This document shows positions 12,161 to 24,133 of a stretch of 64,000 bases of DNA, one piece after another. The position numbers and the translations under genes were made by a program. The notes below the pieces were generated by a model, which worked only from the letters and a program-made list of their open reading frames with translations, had not been told where the DNA came from and made no database searches. Source of the DNA: Basidiobolus meristosporus CBS 931.73 (Eukaryota; Fungi; Basidiobolomycota); the NCBI GenBank assembly GCA_002104905.1, contig MCFE01000363.1, forward strand, positions 1 to 64,000, written 5' to 3'. Position 1 is the first letter of the stretch, and each line of letters opens with the position of its first letter.

Positions 12161-15100
12161 GGCAGCTCGCTTTGATATCAGCTGATGATTTCAAGTATTT
12201 GTGCTTCCTCTCCATGTACGTTTCAGTGCAATATCACCTACTCTGAGTGAACAAGGCAGACTGTGTGTGAAATACGCAACAGTATATAAGGGCAACTGTA
12301 CCTTTCGACAAACTCAACATACAGTCCACACCCTTGATTCGTTCTCAAGAGCTGCCAGCTTGTTCAGGAGTAGCACTCATCCGTCTGCCATCTCGCCGCC
12401 CAGATGATCGCCCGGCTTTGAAGGGAATGCCTCATTCTACCGCAAACAGATAGGTGATGGTAATGCATCGACTGGGATCGGCTACGTATTCCTATCCGTA
12501 CTTGCTACCGGGATTAATGTCATTGCTGAGCACATGTATGTCACCTCAATGCATATTGGTATTTTATCTTTTGCACAGTTGTAAGGAGTGATTGGCAGGC
12601 AAAGGTGATATCCACTTGAATAAACTAGTCTAATGATGACGATGCAAAAAAATATGAGCATGATTTAATCGGAACAGGTACTCGTCATTAGTAGCCGACG
12701 GTGTTATCTGTTGCATCAATATGAGTGTTGTAATATATTAAAGCCTTTACTCATTTCGGTAGATGAACAGGCGCATTATGCCAAGAAGTGTCCGTCCCAT
12801 CCAAATATTAAAGGCTTCGGCCAAGTCTTACCATCACACAGGTGGATATCCTATTCAACTTATATTCTTGGCTTATCTTGCTATCGATGCATGCATAATT
12901 GAAATGGTTGGATGAATTCACGTACTGTGGTGACTGATGATGTCGAATATTCGTCCATCATTGAATTGCTGCTTTTTCCCGCATCCCATAAATTTCAGAT
13001 GGTATTTTCCGCAGCACGGTCAACTGCTCTCTAGTATTCCGGGAAGTTTTCCAAGGCCTTTTGGCTTTGGACTACCTATTGCCATATATAATGCTTGCGG
13101 GCCGGTCATCACGATCTTCACTCGATGAATGAAAATTCCGACTTCCTTTGTTAAGAGCTCAATTGAACGATCTCATAAGATTTGGTACGCTATTAGCCAA
13201 TATATTGGATTAGGAATGCCTGGAATTCTAATTACAGGTAAATATGAGTAGCGTGACGACTAAGCCGTAATATGTCACCAACTCTCCAACATTTCTGAGG
13301 TATTAAGGTGTTTAGATATGGTTTGGAAGCTTATCGTATTCGATCGAATAATATTTGGCTCATTGCTACCGGTATTGGTAAACAGAGTCCAAGGGCATGT
13401 TGACAACCATCAAAATAGTACTCCATTTAAAGCCTTCCACAATTGCAGATATTTATCACACATTCAATGTTTTCCCAATTAGCAAGACGCATACTAAAAT
13501 ATTCGATAATAAGGAGAGGTGGTTACCTCCAACTTTTGGCAAATCAATGTATTATAGCAGGGCGCATAGAAAAGTTCCTTAAGGAATCCAGTAGTACTGA
13601 GCGCCTGAACTAGCTAGGATAGACCTTGAAATACTAACATCCTTCGTGGTAAACTAAAAGGTACTGGGTAGCACTGCGATAAAACACTATCTCCAACGGA
13701 AATAATGCAGCATTTGTAGACGATGCTCGTAGTCTGCGGTATCAGCAGTGAATTTGTGATGTCAGAATATCTAGCGTCACGTGCATTGCAGTCTACCGCC
13801 TCAGATACCCTTACTAACTTTGTACGTACCAAGGGCATAAACCAGCTAGTGTCAAGAAACATATAAATGATACTTGTGTTTGGCGATAGCACTGTATGGA
13901 TACAGACACTTTGCAGTAACTCAGAGTGGGAGGCTGAAACACTCCGTAGTTATTGCTAGTTGGAGTGGGCTAATATTGCTACACCTGATATGCTGAAACA
14001 TCTGCCAAATCGGGCACATTGAGCCTACCTCGCAGGGAAAATGCCCGGTGTTGGAACTACACGGCAAAAGCTCGATTAAACTGAGCTCTGAAATATTGAA
14101 TCACTCGCTTGGATGCAACAGATAACATCGCCGTTGACTGATGGCGATCACTTGTTCCGATTAAATCATGCTCATATTTTGTTGTATCGTCATCATTAGA
14201 CTAGTTTATTCAAGTGGAGAACTCCTTTTCCTGCCAATCACTCCTTACAACTGTGCAAAAGGTAAAATGCCAATGTGCATTGAGGTGACATACATGTGCT
14301 CAGCAATGACATTAATCCCGGTAGCAAGTACGGATAGGAGTACGTAGCCGATCCCAGTCGATGCATTAACATCACCTATCTGTTTGCGGTAGAATGAGGC
14401 ATTCCCTTCAAAGCCGGGCGATCATCTGGGCGGCGAGATGGCACACGGATAGGTGCTACTCCTGAACAAGCTGGCAGCTCTTGAGAACGAATCAAGGGTG
14501 TGGACTGTATGTTGAGTTTGTCGAAAGGTACAGTTGCCCTTATATACTGTTGCGTATTTCACACACGGTCTGCCTTGTTCACTCAGAGTAGGTGATATTG
14601 CACTGAAACGTTCATGGAAGGAAGCACAAATCCTCGAAATGGACAGCTGATTCCGAAGTGAACTTCCGAATCGGCAGCATGAGTCATGGCCTCTTCAGTG
14701 GTACACACTGCACTTCGTACTAAGCATCCAGCTGGCCAATTCCACCGCGCAACCTTGCACTGAGAATACGAGCTACAGGTCCTGTAAGAGAAGCACGTGT
14801 GGTCGACTCTCCAATTGGTGCCGCAGCATATGCAGTCGTTCGCCCAAATTCACCGTGTTACCTTGCACTGAGCAAGATGCATGGGTGAACCTAGTTTGGA
14901 CTAGGATCCATCGGGCTTCTATCTCAAAATCTGGGTGTCACAATGCCATATATCCTTATACGGATTCTAGCTATTCCTTCCCGATGCACCAAATCCAAGG
15001 GACACATGAAAGCCAACTTTGGTAACTGGGTGTTAGACCCCAATATTGGTGGTACGCTCTTCAGTCCTCTAGTGCTACTGTTCTGCACCATATTTGCATA

Positions 15101-15510
15101 CCAGATACATAGTCCGTTGATGCCATGAATGTGCATAAAAGGTGTGCTGGCACAAGTGGAATGAGCAACAGACAATCCACATCCTGCTATCCCTTCTGCT
15201 GGCGTTCTGGCTGTTCGCACAACATCTGATGGCCCACTATCTATGGTAACGGGTGCTTTACTGGTGATGCACACGCATTGGTGATCCGCTACTTACGGAG
15301 CAATGAGCAAGGTTTACCCCCGGTGCTGAAGAGGGATTGTGAGACCCCTTTAATATATGTTTAAAGAGCTAGAATAAAGGAATGGAGGGAGATCTTTTGG
15401 ATCTTTCAAAGGATTTTGAATTATTTTTGCCAGGTAGTTATCTTCTCCAGTGTGGTTTTTCGCATGAAATCCGCCAGTGTATGGTTCTGTGTGTTTTTTG
15501 GAAGTAGCAT
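12161..15510 (+). repeat. ~3.35 kb direct repeat, copy 2
   Basis: Begins GGCAGCTCGCTTTGATATCAGCTGATGA as at 4396; similarity fades after GGAAGTAG near 15507. Confidence 0.95.
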
Positions 15511-15528
15511 ATATATATATATATATAT
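15509..15528. repeat. (AT)10 microsatellite
   Basis: Read directly; lies where direct-repeat copy 2 diverges from copy 1. Confidence 0.95.
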
Positions 15529-15956
15529 TTATGAATGACAGAGATATATGCAAAAATCGATCGAGCTATAATATTATAATTGGGCATACCGCAATCATCT
15601 TGAAATATAAACTTGCATCACAACCTTGAACTGCTGTAAGCGGCTCTTTATGTACACATCAAGTAGTAAACAAAGAGCCAAAGTTGGTTGGCCATTGAGT
15701 ATAAAGCAATCCATCAATTTCTATTCACACTTGGAATAAATATCACTTTTGTGTTCAACTTTACTATTAAGAACAGCTACTCAAGTTACCAGCAAAGCAC
15801 TTGTGAAAGTGCTGAGAAGATATCGGAATCTCTAGAACTATTGTTCAAATTCTATTTGTTACTCGGTATGTAGGAAACTCTACTATATGCTAGCTAGACC
15901 TAGGTATTACCTATTAGTGCGAAGTGATACATCAGATCAACGAAATTCCGTTTGTG

Positions 15957-16322
15957 ACGCGTTTAGTAGTACGGTCTCGGAATAGCATGAAATCTTATCG
16001 TTATTACGATTCGATTTCTTACCAGCCAATGGCTTCATCGATGAGTTAAAATCCACGAAGACTCCAGTTTCTTAAGTAGTAGGCAGCCAATAGACACGGG
16101 TAATCGCATTCCAACCACCTCAAGCTAGTTGGCTAACCTAGAAGGGCTGAAATAAGCTTGGTGGTACCAATTTAACTATGGTAATACCGGATGTGCTGCC
16201 ACTAGTTCTTTTAGGAGTAAGCGATGGTCAAACCAGATGACTAGAACCCCAAATCTGTATCTGGTTTTGTGCAAATTGATGGTTTCTAGAATGTAAAGTG
16301 TGCCGTGAGATACAAGAGACTG
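15957..16322 (-). repeat. Partner of the 366-bp near-perfect inverted tract
   Basis: Reverse complement of 10352-10717. Confidence 0.92.
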
Positions 16323-17849
16323 CTAGTTGAGCTTAGTGTTCACATGGAGTTTACAATATTATGTCAGTAAGTTAGGTTATTGGAGGTACCAGCAGGTACA
16401 TAGAATTCAAGGCATGAGGGAGGTATGAACATCAAAGGCGAGGGTGGACTACGCTAGTGAGCTAAAAATACCTAATCCAAGTACATCATACCTATATACC
16501 TGCACAGTTATTGCCGGTGTTAATTTCATTGGCACATAACATAGTATAATTCAATGTTATAATAGCTGCCTATGCTGTAGACTGGGGTTGAAAGAGATAT
16601 TGTGATTCAATTGGTTACATCGGCACTGTAGCGTATAAGAAGCTCCACATACACCAAAAAACTTTGCCTAATAGAATGTTGCTATCTGTTATAGTAACCA
16701 TTTTCATTAGCCCGTATAGGCTTGGGGGCGCACTGTGGGCTTTTGTAGTCCTTTCGGGTATATTAAATGAAATCCGTTGTAGAATCGTGATCAGTTGTGT
16801 TTGCCAACATCCCCAGTCGTATCCACTTGACACCCGGTATATCTATAACAAGTTTGGTCATTCTTTGTCATGAAGAAGTCTCCATCAAATCTACACCTCA
16901 ATCGAAACTCATACCTACGTGGAAGTCCAAAAACCACTTCAATATGTATACACTGATATGGGAATATTGATTGAGCTACCTGCTTGATCTAGACAAATTA
17001 TACAAACTGTATTGCTGCTTTGCGTATTTGTATCAAGAATAGCCCTCGGAAGAGCACTGCCTCAAAGTAGCACATACGCATTCATTACTTGTTGGTGATA
17101 TGCCGATGCACGCTCAATGTACGCTCCACTATCCTGTCCCCTAGTAGCACGTCACCCAATATAGTTAACTTGTAATATCTCGGAATTACTCGATTTGCTT
17201 GCACTTTTGTTGGTTGGTTCAGGAAATTACTAAAATCAGGAGACTCCAAAAGTAGTGAATGATAAGCACTGAGTTACCGGCCTACTGACCCTAACTTGAG
17301 TTTTACTTCGTATAGGCCCACCTAAAGCAACGCTTGCCCTGTGAGGATCGAAACCTTATTCCAACAGGCCTTAATTCTATCGCGCCACAAAGAGATGCAA
17401 TGGGGATAAATTGAATTCTAGTTTTACCAATGGCCCAGCGTCCACGGAATTTCTAGGAGGTCCGTTAGTGTTACATTCGACAACGCTTGGCTTCAACATT
17501 TATGGCAGAATCTCTTGTGTATTCAAGTTCGGGCTGTTGATGCATATGATATAGATCAAGATCTCCTGCTTAATTGTGTATCCTACTGAAGTCGAATAAG
17601 ATTTCATCACGATGGAATGATCCTGAAGCTACCATATTTAATGATTTATCTAACATCCATCAGAAAATCATAAAAATGTGAAATTTCTCCCACAGTTCCT
17701 GTAAGCGAAGCTCGAGTGATTAACGCCCCATTTTCCGAAGGAAGAAGATTCATTCGTTTAATTTATCACACTATCTAGTACGGAGCAAGATACATTGGTG
17801 AAGCTCGTTCGCGCTTATATCAATCTGGTTTCCTTCCCAAGATTTGGGT

Positions 17850-18500
17850 GGCACAATAGAGATCCGGTACCACAGTGCCATATATCCATATACAATTTTC
17901 AACCATTCCAAAACGACGTGCTGATCCTAAGGGCGGCGTGATATTCAACATTGGTAGCCTTTATACTGGGACTCGATGCTGGCGTAAAATTTTTCTTTAC
18001 ACTAGTACTACTCTTCAACATCACTTTTGCACACAAGATGCAGAGTACATTGTTGCTGTGAATGCACATAAAAGATGCATTAGCACAAGTGAAATAACTA
18101 ACATACAGCCAACATTCTGCTACCCCTTCAGCCGACGTTCTGCCTGTTCGCTCGACATCTGATGACCTATCTTTTATAGTAACGAGTGCTTTCCGGATGA
18201 TGAATACACATTGGTAATCGGCTGCTTATATAGCAGCTAGGAAAGTTTACTTTCATTGTTGACTGAGGAACTATGGGAACCACTTGTTTGATATGCCCGA
18301 ATGAAGGAATAGGAAGAGTTTTTTTGGATCTTTAAAAGGATTTTGCAGTATTGTTACCCACTAGTTGTCTTCAACAGTGAGCAAGCTTACTTGGAATTTG
18401 CAAGTGTGTGGCTCCATGAACTATTTTGAATCGATATGTTTATAGATCGCAGGGGTGTTTGTAAAAATCGAATCAGCAACAGCAATATAATTCGGTTTAT
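17850..18500 (-). repeat. Diverged module homologous to 7140-7800
   Basis: Collinear similarity: GATTTGGGTGGC, GCCATATATCC, ATAAAAGATG, TAACATACAGCCAACAT core, TTTTTGGATCTTT. Confidence 0.8.
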
Positions 18501-18821
18501 CGCAATCATAGGAGCATTAATATTGGCGTCATATGATTAAATTGCAATAAATGGCTCTTCACGTACAAATAATGAGGTAAACATTTATTTGAAGCTGACC
18601 AGTGAGTGACGCGAAGGCAAAGTAATGATTGATTTGTTTAGCAGCCCTGTATACATATGCGCTTAGGGCATTTGCGGTGGTCTTGCAACGACGTAGCTAC
18701 TGAATTAAGCTTTAGCATGGCCTTATTCGTGAGATAGTAACATTGCATGTATTTTGAAAACAATGAAAAGTATCAGAAATGAATGTATCTTCGCTACATA
18801 CTGTACTGAGGTTCAGCAGAA

Positions 18822-19527
18822 GCATGCTATCCATCGATCTAGTGTGAAATTGGAAACGATGATTTGACCCGTCATCATTAAGAAGGTTTATTCAGAAGGA
18901 TAGTGACTCGCTACATGCCTGCTCATCACATCGAACCTCAATGACTAAAATACAATGCTAATCGGCACATCCCATTAGCAAAGCACCCTATCGGTGGTCC
19001 CCGAGTAGTATCGATTTGCTGCTACATTGAAAGCAAGATGCCAATCATTACAAGCGTGCTCAGACGGTGTATCGGCAGCAATCAGGGCTATCGCCTGGGC
19101 AGAGTCACGGCCGAAGGAAAAAGCCCACTCCTGAACAAACTGGCAGCTCCGGAGAACGAGTCAAGTGTGTGGATTGTATGTTGACTATGACCTGAAAGCT
19201 GCTTACCCTTATATACTTTGGGCTGTCCTACTCGCGACCAAGTCGATTCTCTCATAGCCCGTCTCATCGCATGATCGCTCGCATATGAATCACACGAACT
19301 TCTACGTCTCGATTCTAACTCGCTCAAATGGATTTATTGGTGGACAGCACCCCATACCTGAAGCTTGGAGACACTCTCATCACATCGCTTTTGAGCCACT
19401 TCAAGATCCAGATCCCGATAGAAGCTGATAGTATCTAATACGAGAACAAGCCCATTGATCTGTGTGTCATGGATTCAGGTGTGCTACCGTTTCAGTGAAA
19501 CCAAGTAAAACTAATAGCTAATTGGCC
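18822..19527 (+). repeat. Left ~0.7 kb inverted repeat flanking RdRP (direct copy of 8019-8731)
   Basis: GCATGCTATCC...AATTGGCC; near-identical to 8019-8731 and to the reverse complement of 24586-25260. Confidence 0.93.
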
Positions 19528-20154
19528 CCGACAAAAATTGTCTTCTTAGTGGTCCTTGCTTTATGAAGCGTATTTGACACATGGAAATTTCTTGGAGTGG
19601 AGTCGAACGAAATCCACCTTATGTGGGACTAGAAAGAATTTCCTGAAAAGTGAACTGAATCATATTTTCATTTTTGGTGCTACCTATATATTATATTTAT
19701 AGGCAGTCAAAAATAGTTATGATCCAGTTTGAAGCTAAAGGTGAGTACCGAAATGAATCCATATAACCATCAAACTAATGGCGAATATGTATTATGAAGT
19801 GTAGGAAATACGAGTAGCTAAAAGACTGAGTTACGATGGGTTGTGTTCATTTAAAAATGCCATAAATTGATTGCCTCTTGGGTTGTACGATTTTTTAATT
19901 AGTCAAGCCCGATGGCAGAGCTATTGTCGATTCCAGTTTAGGTTTCAAACAGTAGTCGCACATCTCAGAAGGTGAAATGGTCTCTAATAGTATTGGTTAC
20001 TGTGTATAGTCGAGTCGGACCTACCATAAGTACTGTAGTACTCATTCTGTCCACGGCTTAGAGTTACTCGAATTACAAATGCTGGCTATAAAAGCAATGC
20101 GGAATCGCTTCGTCCACATTTTTGCCTAATTCCTCTCTCTGATTTAACTACTGA

Positions 20155-23100
20155 ATGAAGGTGCTAGCTGTTCAGGTAAACCATACAGATTAATTTATCG
20201 TGAGATTTAATATGTAACAAATCACAGCATAATACCAATGACTGTAGAAGCGAAGATACTCAGACACCATGGTATCCTGGTCCTCTATTATTCAGGAATA
20301 TCGACCCAAGTCGTCTCCAGGAGTTAGGCATTTATATTCAGGGCTTACCAGCTTCTATGAAGGTCACAGATGTGAAGAATTATTTTTCCAAATGGGGCTA
20401 TGTTAACTCGTGCACAGTGATACCAAGGCAAAATCATGTACGAGGTAATGCAGCCGTAGTCAATTTCAAACCACCACCACCTACTCTAGATTTTATGGAT
20501 CAACTATATCACCGTGTGCGTCAAGAGCAGAGAAGCGAAGTTCTCCTTATCGAATTTACTGCCAAAACCGCTGAGCATCTATATCGCCAATTCCAAGGGG
20601 TGTATACGCCATCTGTCTACTACACTGGGTTAGCCTCGCTAGATATGGGCACTAATTTAAACAACAAACAATTCCTGCGCATTTGGGGGCCTTCTAACGG
20701 CTGTCTTATTGAGGTGAACTTGGAAAGAAGATATATATTTTTACAGTTCTGTCACAACGATTATGTCTATCGAATTGGAATTCGATGGGATGAAATCCGG
20801 GCATTAACGTTCGATACTGAACGTGCAAATGTGTGTACTTTATATATACAAACCAACAGTTCACCTTTCCTATGGTGCCGGCACGAGATTCCCGTGGCAA
20901 GCGCCTCTCATGGCAACCGCTGGAGTGAAGAGAACTATTGGCGACGTGTCCCCTACATTAGCGATCCATATTCAACAGACCCAAATTTTACCACTAGAAT
21001 ACGTGTTGGCGATTTCAACGCGTATCGAGTATGTGCTCCATTATTCAATTCATGTGGTGAGCCATTCCAAGTGGCGATAAATATATTGACTCAGTACAGC
21101 AATATGGCAAGCAAATTCAACTCGACAATCCCAAGCGTAATAGATGTATCGACACGACGTATTGAGGACATGTCTTCGCTTCCGTTTGAATTAGTATACA
21201 TTATCCAATGCTTAACTTGTGCGCAAAAGCTTACACCATACAACTTATCAAAGGAGTGGATTGCGTTTATTGGTAATCTGGAGCCATGGATCGCCAAAAA
21301 TTTATTATACCGGATGATGGAAACCAAATGTTTAATCGAAGATCCTTTGAAGTACTCCCAAAATATACTACCGAAACTGAACAGCATGAAAGTAGACCTG
21401 GAAGAAATATCTCAAGAGCGGATGTGGGTTCGTAGGGCTATTGTTACCACCAGCAAAGTCCATCTCTTGCTCCCAACTCTTGAATCATCAAATCGAATTC
21501 TGAGACACTTCTGTCGGTACAAGGATCATTTCCTTCAAGTGACTTTTTCCGATGAGCACAATGAAAAGCTAGGCCCCGATTTAGATGAATACGAAGAGAT
21601 ATTACGTGATATTGAGGAAAAGCTGACATGTGGATTCTACACCGCCAACAGACATTATAGATTCCTTGGATTCTCTTCAACGCAGCTACGCGAACACACC
21701 TGCTGGTTTTTTGCTGATACACCAGATGGCATAGACGTGAAATATATTCGTGAGTGGATGGGTGACTTCAGCGAAATCAAAAGCCCAGCTAGACATGCCG
21801 CACGTATGGGGCAGTGCTTTTCCAATACACGCGCAGTTAAGACCCTTCAAAAAGGTGATATGAAAGAGATGCCGGACATCGCTCGAAATGGATATGTGCT
21901 TTCAGATGGTGTTGGTAAAATTTCCTGGTCGTTGGCAACCGAAATCGCTAGCACATATCACCGGCGGGAAGTTCCCGGCGCCTTCCAGTTTCGTCTCGGT
22001 GGTTACAAAGGAGTTCTTGCTGTTGCCTCTGACAATGAGATGGATGGCTACTCAGTTCATCTGCGCCCGAGCCAGAATAAGTTCAGATCCACTCATACCG
22101 AATTAGAGATTGTCAGAACTGCGGAGTTTATGCCTGCTTATCTCAATCGGCAACTCATTATGCTATTAGTCTCAATGGGTATTCCAGAGGATGTCTTCGT
22201 GCAAATACAGGATGACTATTTGCAGGAAGTGGAGGGCATTACCAGCAATGAGAGATCCGCTTTGAGTATCCTAGCTCTACATATCAATGGAAGTTGGATA
22301 GTCAAGACTCTAAGAGATATGGTCCTTGCGGGATATCTCAGGTTTGGGGATGCTATGACCAAATCCATGCTAAAGCTCTTTCAAATCCAGGTTCTGAGGG
22401 ATACCAAAGAACGTGCTAGGATACCAGTTGAACAGGGCGCCCATTTGATAGGTGTTTTGGACGAAACGAATACTTTGAAAGAAAACCAAGTAGTTATTCG
22501 CTTCACTGACCCACAGGATCCCAGCACAATAAGAAGCTATGTGGGCCCTGCATTGGTTACTCGGAATCCGTATCTGAATCCAGGTGATGTCCACATGGTC
22601 GAGGCGGTCGATATTCCGCATCTTCGTTCTCTTGTAAATTGTATCGTATTCTCTTCTCAAGGTGAGAGAGACTTACCCAGCCAGTGCAATGGAGACCTTG
22701 ATGGGGATACATACATGACAATATGGGACAAACGATTACTGCCATCTCAGAGGAAATTCGTATCCGGTTACAACAAGTGCGAGATTACGGCTGCCCGGAA
22801 GATCACAATTGACGATACAATTAAGTTTTTTATCCATTACGTTGTATCAGACAATGTAGGTGCGATAGCGAATGCTCACTTAGCCTGGGCTGACCAGTCA
22901 CCTTATTACACTCTATCAAATAAGTGTGTATCATTATGCCAGCTTCATTCCAAGGCAGTCAGCTTCATCAAGACTGGAGTTCCCGCAAGGCTCCCTTTTT
23001 CTTTGCGCCCAAAGCTATGGCCGGATTTTATGAACAAGAACCCGAGAAAATCATACATCTCAACCAATGTTCTGGGGAAAATGTATAGAAGTAGTGCTCA

Positions 23101-23602
23101 GAAGTTAAACGCGGCATTAGAGCTATACTCAACATGTACATCTGAGGATGCGCGATTAGACGAGAAACTTCTGGTACCTGGATATGAAGCATACATAGCA
23201 GAGGCCTTAAACCTGAAGCAAGAATACGACATTATGATTCGGGATATCATGAACCAGCATGAAATACAAACAGAGGCTGAGGTAATATCCGGATATATCC
23301 AGAAATTTTCTCATATTGTTAGCCGAAAGAAGGAAAAATTCTTGCTGAAAGAAAGCCTGGGGAATGTTATCAGTGCTATATGGAAAACCTTCCATGATAA
23401 ATTCAATGCCGAGTTTGCTGACGATACCGACAATCACAAAGTGAGTATCAATCGTAAACGAAAAGCCAGTGCCTGGTATTACGTATCGTACAATGATCCG
23501 AATTTAACAGCCAGCGATCCTTTTATGAACGACTCCTCACTCACATCGTTTTCTTGGGTTGTCTGTGATATACTACAATCTATTGCATCAGATATTGAAT
23601 AA
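20155..23602 (+). CDS. Eukaryotic RNA-dependent RNA polymerase (RNAi-type RdRP/RDR family) with N-terminal RRM-like region
   Basis: 1081-aa ORF 20357-23602 with FLQVTFSDE, FLGFSSTQLR, WMGDF..AARMGQCFS, SDGVGKIS, FQFRLGGYKG, YLNRQLI, DLDGD, NAH..AD, PDFM. The frame stays open upstream to 20204 (adds IYIQGLP, RNP2-like). A plausible exon 1 (ATG 20155-20175) plus a 52-nt GT..AG intron (20176-20227) joins in frame; this start is inferred. Confidence 0.95.
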
Positions 23603-24133
23603 AATACAATTCGTCATTAAAGTCTTAATGAACTAAGAATAATCGGCATTGACATTGATTTTTTAGTGGCGAACTGGCAATTATCTTTACTTTGGTGATT
23701 GTGAGCACGAACCTACCTATTAATCAGACCATAATCCCTGTACTAGCCCAAAATGGAGTTGGCAAATTTGGATTTTGGTCAATGCATCAATTGGAATATA
23801 GAGTGGCATAGCTTTGATTGGATGAGGAACCACCGGATGTAGGTCACTATACAATGGAAATTACTTACGATGAAACATCCACAACTCATTGCTAATTGAT
23901 ATGTATATATATATAGGGCTCAAGTATCTATTTCATTAAAGTAAGCATGAGCACACATGTCAACACCTACCAACTTGTAATTGTTGGGTAGTGAATAGGC
24001 CTCTACGAATAGGTTATTGCACACAGTAATTGGCCATAAGCCTATAAAATGTATATTTATCATACAAAGAAGTTACCGAAATCAAAAAAACACCACCATA
24101 GATGATGCAAATGAACCACCAAAGGAGATATGG

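Larger units (their letters stand above)
9500..17750. repeat. ~8 kb diverged palindrome centred near 13343
   Basis: Inverted matches seen at 9570-9830/17400-17690, 9850-9950/16700-16800, 10352-10717/15957-16322, 11400-11740/15100-15420 and 12200-12670/14160-14630, with weak matches continuing to the centre. The right arm has ~0.6 kb extra sequence (~16810-17400). Confidence 0.8.

Noticed and set aside
4396-15510. Pure assembly artefact (duplicated contig segments)
   Set aside because: Copies differ by many substitutions, copy-specific indels and chimeric patches, and deeply diverged subfamilies exist. Not fully excluded for the most identical tracts without long reads.
20357-23602. Viral RdRp (endogenous RNA virus)
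   Set aside because: Motifs are those of the cellular double-psi-barrel RdRP family (DLDGD), not viral GDD palm polymerases.
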